From: Gammaproteobacteria bacterium
GTDB taxonomy: Bacteria; Pseudomonadota; Gammaproteobacteria; AKS1
DNA: 41,357 nucleotides
Direction: 5' to 3'
Assembly: GCA_027078075.1 (NCBI GenBank)
Contig: JALTKP010000251.1
Coordinates: 1-41,357, forward strand
Shown one piece after another: positions 16,436 to 26,510 of the stretch. How positions within the stretch are numbered: the first letter of the stretch is position 1; each line of letters opens with the position of its first letter. A program made the translations under genes and the position numbers. The notes below the pieces were generated by a model, which had not been told where the DNA came from, made no database searches, and worked only from the letters and a program-made list of their open reading frames with translations.

Positions 16436-18067
16436 TTAAACTTTGAAACCACCAACTAAGTTTTGTAAGTGAGCGGCAAGCTCAGATAAGTTGTTACTTG
16501 ATTGTGCCGTTTGTTGTGCACTTTGAGCTGAGTTTTCACTGATATCATTAATGGTTGTAACATTGCGATTGATATCTTCAGCAACTGTGCTTTGTTCAGT
16601 CGCGGCGGTGGCAATCTGAGTATTCATTTCGTTGATAGTACTGACAGCAGTAGCAATATTAACAAGAGAAGAATCTGCTTCGGATGCTTGAGAAACAGCT
16701 TCCTGCGCTTTCTCCTTACTTTTGTTCATAACACTTACTGCATTGCGAGCACCTGCTTGTAAACGTTCAATCATAGTTTGAATTTCTTCTGTTGATGATT
16801 GGGTTCTACTTGCGAGTGTCCGAACTTCATCAGCAACAACAGCAAAGCCACGACCTTGTTCACCTGCACGAGCAGCTTCAATAGCCGCATTAAGGGCTAA
16901 TAAGTTAGTTTGTTCTGCGATCCCCTTGATAACATCAAGAACTTTACCAATATTTTCGCTATCTTCAGATACGGTATCAATTGCGTGTGATGCGCCTTCA
17001 ATATCAGAAGAAAGAGCATCGATTGATTGGACTGTAGCTTTAACAATATTTTTACCATTGCTCGTATCTTGGTCGGCAGAGAGTGCAGCTTCAGCAGCGT
17101 TAGTAGCACTTCGGGCAACTTCTTGTACCGTAGCTGTCATTTGATGCATAGCTGTGGCAGCTTGCGTTGTTTCCATACGCTGAGTATCAGCACTGATAGA
17201 AAGCTCGCTGCCTGCAGTTTGTAGTAACTGAGATTCATTATTTAAGCTAGCAACATCCTGAACAATATTAGAGATGATGCCTTGAAGCTTAGTAATAAAT
17301 ATATTTACTGCATCACATAATTGACTAATTTCATCGTCATTTGGCGTTGGTAGACGTCGAGTTAGATCACCATTACCGTCAGCAAGCTCAAACATAAGAT
17401 CGGTTGTCGCCTCAAGCCTAGAGACAACAAGCTTTTTAAATAATAGATAAACAACAAATGAGATGATAAGTAGAGTAATAATGACAGAAAGAGTGCTAAC
17501 AGTAATAAAGTGTGTAAAAGAATCACTAGCAATGTTTTGTACATTGTCTATAGCATGTTTGATTCTATTATCACTATTCAGGATTCCTTTATTAACATTA
17601 ACTTTCGACATGCCTAGTAGGACATGCCCAATAAGATCACCATCAGAATTAATTTCAAATTTATACTCAATAATATCAGAGGTACTATTGGGCTTTGTAA
17701 ATTCAGTAAGATTTGAACTGTCTGGTTTTAAATAGGCCGCATAGGAAACATCAGGATCTTTTTGTGCGCTTTCTTGGTATTCCTGTAGGCTTGTAAAATC
17801 GTAAGACATAATAAGGTCAGGCGCTGTTTTAGCCATAAATCGACCTAGGCTGTTAGCTTTAGATGAGAGCGCTTCTAGAGCTGCTTTTGCTGCACTTGAT
17901 TGTTCTGACTTTAAAGCATCCTCAGCAAGTTGAACTTGATTGTCAGTTGAACTACGAACTCCCTGTACATGGATATAAGCAGCAATTGAGAGTGATACCA
18001 CCATACTAACTAATATAGGGGCAAGAAACTTACCCATTAATGAAATGTTTTTAATGTCATATTTCAT
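16436..18067 (-). CDS. Methyl-accepting chemotaxis protein
   Basis: Two TM segments, HAMP (GDLTRRL...DEISQL), signalling motif [37 protein letters not shown]. Confidence 0.95.
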   Translation of the reverse strand: MKYDIKNISLMGKFLAPILVSMVVSLSIAAYIHVQGVRSSTDNQVQLAEDALKSEQSSAAKAALEALSSKANSLGRFMAKTAPDLIMSYDFTSLQEYQESAQKDPDVSYAAYLKPDSSNLTEFTKPNSTSDIIEYKFEINSDGDLIGHVLLGMSKVNVNKGILNSDNRIKHAIDNVQNIASDSFTHFITVSTLSVIITLLIISFVVYLLFKKLVVSRLEATTDLMFELADGNGDLTRRLPTPNDDEISQLCDAVNIFITKLQGIISNIVQDVASLNNESQLLQTAGSELSISADTQRMETTQAATAMHQMTATVQEVARSATNAAEAALSADQDTSNGKNIVKATVQSIDALSSDIEGASHAIDTVSEDSENIGKVLDVIKGIAEQTNLLALNAAIEAARAGEQGRGFAVVADEVRTLASRTQSSTEEIQTMIERLQAGARNAVSVMNKSKEKAQEAVSQASEADSSLVNIATAVSTINEMNTQIATAATEQSTVAEDINRNVTTINDISENSAQSAQQTAQSSNNLSELAAHLQNLVGGFKV

Positions 18068-18136
18068 TTTGATTGCCTGCTAAGTAATTTAAATTATTAT
18101 ATAAACATAAAAGCCATCCATGGCATTAGTAAAATG

Positions 18137-18985
18137 TTACAAGTCTTCACCAGTTACTGATTTGACAATTTCACGTACTTTAGCAAAATCAGAATCAGAA
18201 GCTTTTATAAAATTGGTCACTTTAGCTGCTTTAAGAACACCAGGTGCCGTAGTTTTAAGAGAAGTCATGATTGATTGAATTTTGTCAGCCTTTGCTTGAG
18301 GCATATCAGCTTTAACAGCCCAAGTTAGGTGAATGAATGGTTCACTTTCAACAACAATTTTCATCTGTGACACATCAATTTTTTTGGTAACACCTTTTAC
18401 TTTTAGAATTACGTTACCGGCACCAGCTGCATCAGCTGCCTTGTTGTAAACACCAATCACTGCACTAGGTGGGTTTTTAGAGAATTTGACCGTGTAATCT
18501 TTACCCGCAACAAGACCCGCTTTCATTAGTGCTGAAGTTGGTGCAATGAAACTTCCCATTGCTTTTTTGCCACCTCCAAAGAGGATTGTTTTACCTTTGA
18601 GGTCTGCAACTGAATTAATGCCACTGTCTTTGCGTACTGACAAAGAGCCAGCTAATGTACTGGTGTTAAATTCTTCATTAACAGCAATAACTTTATAGCC
18701 TTTTTCTTTATGATTTAGCAGATAATGATATTGGTTGTAATGCACAAGATCATATTTACCTGTTTTTGCGCCTTTCCAGAATTCTTTGAAATTCTTGGCA
18801 ACAACTAATTTAACAGGCTCACCTAATTCTTTAGATAATTTTTCAGCAAGTGGTTTAAAGAATTTATGGGTTTTAGCAACAGGTCGTCGTGGAAATACAC
18901 CCATCGAGAGATCTGCAAGTGCAGCTGTCGATGTTAGTAACATAGTCGATGACATGGCAAGTATAGGTAATAATTTATTGTTCAT
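18137..18985 (-). CDS. PhnD/SsuA-like periplasmic substrate-binding protein
   Basis: Signal peptide; FKPLAEKLSKELGEPV, VRKDSGINSVADLKGK, GSFIAP, FIKASDSDF. Confidence 0.85.
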   Translation of the reverse strand: MNNKLLPILAMSSTMLLTSTAALADLSMGVFPRRPVAKTHKFFKPLAEKLSKELGEPVKLVVAKNFKEFWKGAKTGKYDLVHYNQYHYLLNHKEKGYKVIAVNEEFNTSTLAGSLSVRKDSGINSVADLKGKTILFGGGKKAMGSFIAPTSALMKAGLVAGKDYTVKFSKNPPSAVIGVYNKAADAAGAGNVILKVKGVTKKIDVSQMKIVVESEPFIHLTWAVKADMPQAKADKIQSIMTSLKTTAPGVLKAAKVTNFIKASDSDFAKVREIVKSVTGEDL

Positions 18986-19282
18986 ATTTCCTCCGAAATT
19001 TAGGATGTCCGTACCTCAAAAATCTAGTTAAATGACTAGGGGTAAGTATCTTATCGTCGAGAGGAAAAAGATCTTTAATACTAATCGTAATTAATTTAAC
19101 TTATTGTTTTTAATAGATTATTGTGGAATAAGCACAAGTATTATGTAGAATACGTAAGTATTTCAGTAAGTTAATTTAATAAGGTCGGCAAAGAAATAGT
19201 TAAATTAAATGATATATCTGTCAATTATGCTCTAAATAGAGCGCTTATACTGCGTGTTGGTTGGTGAGGTTAATAAAATAAT

Positions 19283-19726
19283 ATGATAATACATGCATTA
19301 AAGTTAATTCTTCCTGTATTAATACCTTCATGGGATTTTTTTGATGTTATTGTCGCCTCTCCTCGGATTCAATTTAGCTTAGTAGATAACGAAGCGGCTG
19401 AAGGTGTGGTGTGGCAGGAATACAGACCTCGACCAGCAACACTGTCGCTAGGAGTGATGCTTAGGCGCATGTTTTGGAACGCACCGTGGAATGAGTCCTT
19501 ATATATGGTGAGTTGCGCAGAGAGGCTTATAGATTATCCTACCAAACATAGTGAAGATGAAATTTTTAGACGCCTTATAAAGGAAGTAATTGTAAAAGAG
19601 ACAAATGTAGAAAATAAGTCATTAAGATTTCGGTTAGTGTTTATTAAAAGAACGGGAGAGCAGTTAGTTGAGGAAATTTGTTTTCAATCAGGTATTAAAC
19701 CCATTATAGAAAAAGATTTTTCATGA
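19283..19726 (+). CDS. Hypothetical protein, partner of the HTTM gene
   Basis: 147-aa ORF with PSWDFFD; ATGA overlap with the next gene. Confidence 0.7.
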   Translation: MIIHALKLILPVLIPSWDFFDVIVASPRIQFSLVDNEAAEGVVWQEYRPRPATLSLGVMLRRMFWNAPWNESLYMVSCAERLIDYPTKHSEDEIFRRLIKEVIVKETNVENKSLRFRLVFIKRTGEQLVEEICFQSGIKPIIEKDFS

Positions 19727-20415
19727 GCTTTGAAGTAGCTATTCGTATTACTGAATTAATGATGGGTTTAGCCTTTGCCCAACAAAGTGTAGAGCATCTA
19801 AGGGCATACCGAGATGAATGGATAATATTTTTACCTAGATTGATATTGGCTGTATTGCTAGTAGCTGGAATTGCAACTAATTGGGTTTTATTAGCATTAC
19901 TATTACTGGGTATTATTGTTTTCTATCGATTTGATGGCCCTTATAATGGTGGTGCCGATCGAATGAGTATGTTAATCCTGATTTGTTTGGTATTAGAGAA
20001 TTTTTTACCATCACAATATTGGCGAGAAATAGCATTTGGATATTTAGCCATACAGTTGATATTGTCATATTTTATTTCGGGTTGGGTGAAAATTATTAAC
20101 CCAGAGTGGCGTAGTGGTCAGGCATTATCAGATGTTTTCTTGTTTTCAGCCTACCCCGTTAGTGAAGCATTACGACGCTGGTCGACTTCGACAAGGTTTT
20201 TGTTAACTATGTCATGGGCGGTCATTATTTTTGAATTAATCTTTCCTCTATCTATATTGTCGCCTATAACACTTAAAATTGCGCTTGTTGTAGCCGCGAC
20301 TTTTCATTTATCAAATGCCTTTCTATTTGGGCTAAATAGATTCTTTTGGATATGGTTAGCCGCTTACCCATCTATTATATGGTTTCAGCAACGTGTTTTC
20401 GTTACAATTCAATAA
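19723..20415 (+). CDS. HTTM-domain membrane protein (SdpB/VKGC-like)
   Basis: YNGGADRM, YFISGWVKIINPEWRSG, FELIFP, FHLSNAFLFGLNRFFW; multi-TM. Confidence 0.8.
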   Translation: MSFEVAIRITELMMGLAFAQQSVEHLRAYRDEWIIFLPRLILAVLLVAGIATNWVLLALLLLGIIVFYRFDGPYNGGADRMSMLILICLVLENFLPSQYWREIAFGYLAIQLILSYFISGWVKIINPEWRSGQALSDVFLFSAYPVSEALRRWSTSTRFLLTMSWAVIIFELIFPLSILSPITLKIALVVAATFHLSNAFLFGLNRFFWIWLAAYPSIIWFQQRVFVTIQ

Positions 20416-20444
20416 TGCGCACTGCTAAATAAATTGAGATTAAT

Positions 20445-21410
20445 ATGGACCGTAAAACACTCTTAAAAGCATCTGAACAAGGAATTATAAGCAAACAACA
20501 AGTTGAGTTGTTAATGAGCTTTGATCCTAGTGATTCTGCTTCTGAAGCTAACTCAGAAGAGCAACTGAGATTTATCCGAAGTTTTGGTGATATATTTATT
20601 ACGCTAGGGATTGTATTTGTATCTATTGCAGTCGCGCAATTTGAGATAAATGGAATATATAAAATAATTCCGGTACTGGTATTAATTGCAACCACAGAGT
20701 GGCTAGTACGGGTAAGACGTTTAGCATTACCGGGGATAGCCTTACTAGTTGCAACTTTATATTATTCGAGTCAATTTATCGGTCTTTCTGAACCTGATTT
20801 TAAATTAGCTAATATTACAATTCCAACTTTAGTCGCAGTGGCTTTTTATTGGCGTTATAAGATGCCATTTACATTGCTTCCAATTGCGCTAGGTGTAATA
20901 AGTATAGTTACTGTCCTATTAGATATTGATATTCGACAGGCAAAAATGTTAATTGTTATATATGGTTTAGCTATTTTTGTTGTGGCGATGTGGTTCGATT
21001 CACGGGATGTTAAGAGACAAACTAGACTTAGTGATGCAGCCTTTTGGTTACATCTTCTGGCAGCACCATTAGTTGTACACGGAGTTATGGTAAATCTTCT
21101 TGTCGAAGCTCATTCATTACCATATAGAGAGTTGTTGATCATTTTATTTTTTACAGGATTTTTCTTGATAGCAATGTATGTCGATAGGCGTGCAATACTT
21201 GTTTCAAGTATTTCATATGCTATTTACGCTATTGTTGAATTAGCAAGAAACAATCAGATTCATATTGAAAATATGACGTTAGTAATTTTTATTGGTTTTG
21301 GGGTTTTTATTATCATATTTGGTGTTTATTGGTACAAAATACGCGCAGCAATCTTTGGTAAATTTAATAATGCTAAATTGTCGAAATATGTACCTGTAAT
21401 CATTAGATAG
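20445..21410 (+). CDS. Polytopic membrane hypothetical protein (DUF2157-like N-terminus)
   Basis: EQGIISKQQ N-terminus, EEQLRFIRSFGDIF, AFWLHLLAAP, VDRRAILVS; about ten TM segments. Confidence 0.75.
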   Translation: MDRKTLLKASEQGIISKQQVELLMSFDPSDSASEANSEEQLRFIRSFGDIFITLGIVFVSIAVAQFEINGIYKIIPVLVLIATTEWLVRVRRLALPGIALLVATLYYSSQFIGLSEPDFKLANITIPTLVAVAFYWRYKMPFTLLPIALGVISIVTVLLDIDIRQAKMLIVIYGLAIFVVAMWFDSRDVKRQTRLSDAAFWLHLLAAPLVVHGVMVNLLVEAHSLPYRELLIILFFTGFFLIAMYVDRRAILVSSISYAIYAIVELARNNQIHIENMTLVIFIGFGVFIIIFGVYWYKIRAAIFGKFNNAKLSKYVPVIIR

Positions 21411-21881
21411 ATGGATAAAATAAGTTTACACAAGGCAATTAGCACGGCACTTCAAATATTGAGCCAGAACGCAATTAATGCGGCTAATCAGGCACATGAT
21501 ACGGCAACTAATAAAGAAAGTGTCGCCGAGAATAAATATGATACGTTTGGGTTAGAAGCATCCTATTTAGCACATGGTCAGGCAAAACGTGTTGAAGAAT
21601 GTAGACATGATCTGGAATTATTCTCGGCAATTAATGTGACTGATTTCAATCAGCAAGATGCGATTAATTTAGGGGCACTCGTTCAGGTTGACTCTGATAA
21701 ATGCTCTAAGCAATATTTATTTCTTAGCCCTTCTGCTGGGGGAGTAGGACTTAGGGTTGATAACAGAGAAATAACGCTTATTACACCTTCATCGCCATTA
21801 GGTAAAGCTCTTTTGGGTTGTTATGTTGGCGATGAAATATTAGTGCAAGGTACTTGTTACGAAGTAATAAGCGTCATTTAG
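21411..21881 (+). CDS. GreA/GreB-family elongation-factor-like protein
   Basis: AENKYDTFGLEASYLAHGQ, INLGALV, ITPSSPLGKALLG..VGDE. Confidence 0.85.
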   Translation: MDKISLHKAISTALQILSQNAINAANQAHDTATNKESVAENKYDTFGLEASYLAHGQAKRVEECRHDLELFSAINVTDFNQQDAINLGALVQVDSDKCSKQYLFLSPSAGGVGLRVDNREITLITPSSPLGKALLGCYVGDEILVQGTCYEVISVI

Positions 21882-21882
21882 C

Positions 21883-22536
21883 TCAACTACTAAATATTGG
21901 TTCAAGCCTCTCAAGATCATTGATTACCTGCCATTCACCACCACCAGACTCTACTTTATTACGCCAGTCTTCTAATCGATCTAGGTACTCAACAGGGTCT
22001 ATATTGTCACTACGTAGTTTGGTTACATTGATAGCAATAACACGATAGCCTTCAAGATTAAGAGGGATGTCTCGGTTATAACCAGTTTGAATTTCTTCTT
22101 TAAGATCTGAAAATATGAGGATTGTTTTTATGCCTGATTTTGCCTCATTCATGTACTCAACAGCTTGTAACATGCCACCGGTAATATCGGTGTAAGCACT
22201 GGGCCTAACTTCATCAATAAATTTGTTAATACCTTCTCTAAATAAACGCTTTTGTTGATTAGCCATACTAGGTCGATCTTCAAAAGTTTGTTTTTGAACA
22301 ATGTCTTTTTCACTAAAACTACCGGTATCGACACGCGCCACTACAAAGGTGTCACCAGGATTCAGTTTAGCAAGCGTAAAATTAATAATCCGTTGCGCTT
22401 GTGCAAGTTCTCTGGTGTAGGTGCCAGATGTATCCACTAACATATAAACCCCTTTTGAATAGGAGGCCTGTTCTGAGCAGCCCAGTAACAGTAATGCAAT
22501 CGTTAATGATAATAATCTTGAGATTAATTTGATCAT
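21883..22536 (-). CDS. VWA-domain lipoprotein
   Basis: Lipobox LLGC; MIDAS motif DTSGT; TDITGG; ILIFSD. Confidence 0.8.
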   Translation of the reverse strand: MIKLISRLLSLTIALLLLGCSEQASYSKGVYMLVDTSGTYTRELAQAQRIINFTLAKLNPGDTFVVARVDTGSFSEKDIVQKQTFEDRPSMANQQKRLFREGINKFIDEVRPSAYTDITGGMLQAVEYMNEAKSGIKTILIFSDLKEEIQTGYNRDIPLNLEGYRVIAINVTKLRSDNIDPVEYLDRLEDWRNKVESGGGEWQVINDLERLEPIFSS

Positions 22537-22548
22537 AATGTTAGTCCT

Positions 22549-23988
22549 TTAAAGATCATTATGGGATGTTGATTCGGGGCTTAGTGGGCCAAGTTTATCT
22601 TGTTTATGTTTAATCATCGTTTCTACCCAGAGAGGCGCGAAGATAATAAAATCATAAAATTGGATTAGAGCATTACCCATAAAGCGAACAATATCGCCAC
22701 TAAGACGTAATGCCCACTCGATAGTTTGAAGTACGCCAACTGTAATAACGCCTAGTACGGTTCGCATTGAATGTATAAATGATTCTAGTGGGATGGCAAC
22801 AAACATAAGTGCGAATGGTAGAATAAATCCCATACCCATTTGAGCAGCAGTGGTAATCCAAAGATAAGAGCTTTGAGCAACAATACTGGCATTATCTCCA
22901 CGCAGGATGGCACGTGTTGCAGCATCTTCTTCCATTAATAATTCACGCATGAAGGCAAGGCTAGCTTCGATACAGGCAAGAAAGGTGAGGATAGTAATAA
23001 ATACTGCCGCCATACGAATACGAACTTTGTCATTTAATGCGCCAATGATTGGGAATAGGCGGGTAATCCGCATTGTTTCCATGAAGAATAAACCCATCGC
23101 AATTTCAAGCAGAATAATAACTAGGGCGGCAACTGTATTGATTTGAAAGCCAGCAATGTGACTTGTGCCTCCGACCATTTCAGATAAAGGCCGAGCAATT
23201 AAATGGAAGTTAATAACAGCGCCACCAACAGCAATTGCAAGGACAATGCCAGAGATAAAAAATTGCGTCATTGATGAAGAGGATAGCATTTGTTGTGAAC
23301 GATCAGTTCGCTTCAGAATACCTTCGTATTCGTTCATGTGCCGGTCAATACTGATACTGCGAGCGAATAAATTACTAACATGTTTCTCTACTTGGTTAAG
23401 AAGGCTGAGCACTTTACGCCAATGAGGCATCATATTTTTTAAGTAATTGTGTCGAGACTGATTAGATATACGATATTCATCTAATGTTTTTTCATTTGCT
23501 TTAACTAATGAACCATGAATATCTTCAAGGATATCAGCTACCACTGGATCGCCTTTAGAGGGGATTTTTGCCACAGCCTCAACTGCTTTTACCCAACCTG
23601 GCGGGTTAGGTGGAACCTCAATGCTATTCTTATAGTCTTCATCGATATGGCTAATTTCATCACTTAATATGCGATGTATCGCTGGGTACTCAGAAAGATC
23701 ACGTCGTACAGATGCTTCAATACGATCAAACTCACGTTCAATAATTCGTTCGCTAGCTTCACGACCTTGTGCTAATAGCACTTCTTTATTGCGGTCTTGT
23801 AATCGTTTTTCAGTATGCTTTATAGCGTGCGCAGAAAGTCGCATGGCATTATGAAGCACTCGAGATAGAGCGCGAATACTGTAATGAGCTGGTGTCCTAG
23901 CTAAATATAAAGACACAACAATAGCGAGCAGCCAAATGAGTCCAGAAAAAAATGGACTTGGTACAATCATAAAAATATCAGATGACAT
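22549..23988 (-). CDS. Hypothetical membrane protein with a large cytoplasmic helical domain
   Basis: N-terminal TM, about 200-aa helical region, 4-5 C-terminal TM segments; GAGGAGG RBS. Confidence 0.8.
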   Translation of the reverse strand: MSSDIFMIVPSPFFSGLIWLLAIVVSLYLARTPAHYSIRALSRVLHNAMRLSAHAIKHTEKRLQDRNKEVLLAQGREASERIIEREFDRIEASVRRDLSEYPAIHRILSDEISHIDEDYKNSIEVPPNPPGWVKAVEAVAKIPSKGDPVVADILEDIHGSLVKANEKTLDEYRISNQSRHNYLKNMMPHWRKVLSLLNQVEKHVSNLFARSISIDRHMNEYEGILKRTDRSQQMLSSSSMTQFFISGIVLAIAVGGAVINFHLIARPLSEMVGGTSHIAGFQINTVAALVIILLEIAMGLFFMETMRITRLFPIIGALNDKVRIRMAAVFITILTFLACIEASLAFMRELLMEEDAATRAILRGDNASIVAQSSYLWITTAAQMGMGFILPFALMFVAIPLESFIHSMRTVLGVITVGVLQTIEWALRLSGDIVRFMGNALIQFYDFIIFAPLWVETMIKHKQDKLGPLSPESTSHNDL

Positions 23989-24130
23989 ACAGACCTCCTC
24001 GTCAACACACTATTGTGTTCTGTCTTGATGTTGAGAGAAGTATGTGGAGTCTGTATAAACTAAACTGTCTAATAGGTCACAGTTTATCTGGGGCTAGTTC
24101 ACGAAATAGAATATTTTTTTATTGTTAAGA

Positions 24131-24898
24131 TTACCTTTGCCAGCGGATCTCTATAGCAGTGATAGGTCCGATCATGGTTTTATTAAAACTACGGGGCATT
24201 ATTGATTTGTTATTCGTGATAGGAATTCTTCCACCCATTAATTCGGCTTTGTATTGAGGGTAAAGAGGGCGTTGCTTTGGGTTGGCGTAGCCTTCTGGAT
24301 AAATAGGTTGAGATGTTTCTAAGTTGTACTTATCGGTTGCGCCAACGGTATGTAAAAGTTCATGCGCAATAACAACATTATTAGATTGATTGTATTGGCG
24401 ATTGGAAAAGGCATGGACAACACCAATTAACCCTTTTGCCAAGCCAATGGAATGGGGGACACGTTCAATATAATTTGGATCATAGTAAACCACAAACATT
24501 TGAATATCAGGCTCAGGCCCGGGATCAGTATTATGAGTCCAACTCCAAAAACGTAATTTCATACTCCACCACATAACTTGCAGAACATTACCTCCAATGG
24601 GTGGTAGGGGGGGCTTTGATTTAACTTGTGGTGACAGGGAAAGAATAAATGGTTCAGTTGTTACGTGGGTATATTGGGCGGCTTGCTGCGTCATATATCT
24701 ATCGATGCTGGAAAAATGCGAGTCAGTTAGGTGGTTAATATAATTTTGGGTCGCTTGTGTTCCATCGCCATTAATAGGGTAGACATAAACATAAAGTGGT
24801 TTATCCCAGCTAGTGACACGTTCTTTGGTGAGATAAGCCGATACAGAAACAAACAGTAGTATTATTAAAGCAAATAAAATACGAACTTGTTTGAACAT
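24131..24898 (-). CDS. Exported zincin-like (HExxH) hypothetical metallopeptidase
   Basis: N-terminal TM or signal; VIAHELLHTVGATDKY; ELMGGR as a possible Met-turn. Confidence 0.7.
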   Translation of the reverse strand: MFKQVRILFALIILLFVSVSAYLTKERVTSWDKPLYVYVYPINGDGTQATQNYINHLTDSHFSSIDRYMTQQAAQYTHVTTEPFILSLSPQVKSKPPLPPIGGNVLQVMWWSMKLRFWSWTHNTDPGPEPDIQMFVVYYDPNYIERVPHSIGLAKGLIGVVHAFSNRQYNQSNNVVIAHELLHTVGATDKYNLETSQPIYPEGYANPKQRPLYPQYKAELMGGRIPITNNKSIMPRSFNKTMIGPITAIEIRWQR

Positions 24899-24899
24899 T

Positions 24900-25277
24900 T
24901 CATTCCTTCATTAAGGTGGTTTGCATTTCGGCAGTCGATACCGGTAATTGTAAGATAGCATGAAGTGGGAATAATTCTTCTAATTTTGATGCAAATTGTC
25001 GCTCTTCTTTACTAACAAGAATAATAACCTTGGTGTTAAGCGAATATTTTGGCAGGCTGTGTAACATAACATCCAAGTTACTAATATTAACGCCAGCATA
25101 GTTATTACCATAGCCATAGAAGAACTCGGCAACAATAAAATCAGGTTTCTGTTTAAGACTATTAATTGTTTTGCGTAAAGAATTAAAACGTGTTTCGGCT
25201 AAATTCATTGAGGCATAAAGCGCTGAGAAATCAGGATGCATTGAGGATTCAATAATTGAGAAAATCTTCTTTGGCAT
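24900..25277 (-). CDS. Hypothetical protein, possibly a degenerate receiver fold
   Basis: 125-aa ORF in an apparent operon with the DAHP synthase gene; KPDFIVAEF and TKVIILVS. Confidence 0.7.
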   Translation of the reverse strand: MPKKIFSIIESSMHPDFSALYASMNLAETRFNSLRKTINSLKQKPDFIVAEFFYGYGNNYAGVNISNLDVMLHSLPKYSLNTKVIILVSKEERQFASKLEELFPLHAILQLPVSTAEMQTTLMKE

Positions 25278-25321
25278 AATGAGTTTTAAAGAGTCATTAG
25301 TTTGACAACTAGCATAAACAA

Positions 25322-26398
25322 TTAATTAGTGAAGCGACTAGCTAGTTTATCTTTAAGCATTGCATGCATATGGCGTAAAAGTGTTTCCGTTGTGTCCCAA
25401 TCGATACAGGCATCAGTCACTGACACGCCGTATTTAAGTTGTGATAGGTCTTCAGGGATAGATTGATTGCCCCAGCCAAGGTTTGATTCCAGCATGAAGC
25501 CAATAATAGACTGGTTGCCAGCATTGATCTGTTCAATACAATTTTCTATTACTTTTGACTGATTAGCTGGGTCCTTGCTTGAGTTACCATGGCTGCAATC
25601 AACTGTAATATTAAGTGGTAGCTTGGCGTTAACGAGTGCTTTCTCACATTCAGCAATATGCGTAGCATCGTAATTGGGCTTACCACCACCACCGCGTAAT
25701 ACAACATGTCCATAGCGGTTACCACGTGTTTTGACGACAGTGCATTGACCTTGTTGATTAATACCAAGAAAGTTATGTGGCTGTGAAACAGAGTGCAGAG
25801 CATTAATTGCTACATCAAGACTACCATCAGTGCCATTTTTGAAACCAACGGGTGTTGAAAGTCCGCTCGCCATTTCACGATGCGTTTGTGATTCAGTAGT
25901 GCGCGCGCCAATTGCTGACCAAGTAATAAGATCAGAAAGGTATTGGGGTGTAATTGGGTCAAGTGCTTCTGTTGCAGTGGGAATACCCATTTCCGCTAAT
26001 GTCAGTAATAGTTCACGCGCCTTGTACAAGCCTTTTTCAATATGAAAAGAATCATCCATGTGTGGATCGTTAATTAAACCTTTCCAGCCAACCGTAGTGC
26101 GTGGTTTTTCAAAGTAAACACGCATAATGATGTAGAGGCTTTCACTGACTTCAGCGGCGAGTTTCTGTAATTTTTCAGCGTAAACCAGCGCAGCATCAGG
26201 ATCGTGGATTGAGCAGGGTCCAATCACAACGAACAAGCGTTGATCATCATGATCCAGTATTTGCTGAATGGTCTCACGCCCGGCTAATACGGTTTGTTCT
26301 GCTACTTCACTTAACGGTAACGCTTGTTTGACGACAGCGGGTGTCGGAAGTAGATCCTGAGATAGGACATTGATGTTATTTAATTGTTGGTCGCTCAT
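25322..26398 (-). CDS. aroG: 3-deoxy-D-arabino-heptulosonate 7-phosphate synthase, class I (AroF/G/H)
   Basis: IGPCSIHD, RVYFEKPRTTVGWKG, IGARTTESQTHREMASGLS, DCSHGNS, YGVSVTDACI. Probable start is MSDQQ at 26398; the isoenzyme type is not resolved. Confidence 0.93.
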   Translation of the reverse strand: MSDQQLNNINVLSQDLLPTPAVVKQALPLSEVAEQTVLAGRETIQQILDHDDQRLFVVIGPCSIHDPDAALVYAEKLQKLAAEVSESLYIIMRVYFEKPRTTVGWKGLINDPHMDDSFHIEKGLYKARELLLTLAEMGIPTATEALDPITPQYLSDLITWSAIGARTTESQTHREMASGLSTPVGFKNGTDGSLDVAINALHSVSQPHNFLGINQQGQCTVVKTRGNRYGHVVLRGGGGKPNYDATHIAECEKALVNAKLPLNITVDCSHGNSSKDPANQSKVIENCIEQINAGNQSIIGFMLESNLGWGNQSIPEDLSQLKYGVSVTDACIDWDTTETLLRHMHAMLKDKLASRFTN

Positions 26399-26510
26399 AC
26401 CCTGAAACTCAATTACGCTTATATTGGTGGCAAACGCCATAAAAGCGCGCATTTTACCTTATTTCTATTGGCTTTGCGCGGATAAATAATGTTTGGATAT
26501 TTTAGATAAA

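Noticed and set aside
19000-21900. AT-rich block as a genomic island
   Set aside because: No integrase, transposase, tRNA or flanking repeats are visible, and membrane-protein codon bias can explain the composition.
26399-26452. N-terminal extension of DAHP synthase
   Set aside because: Family-like sequence begins at MSDQQ (26398).
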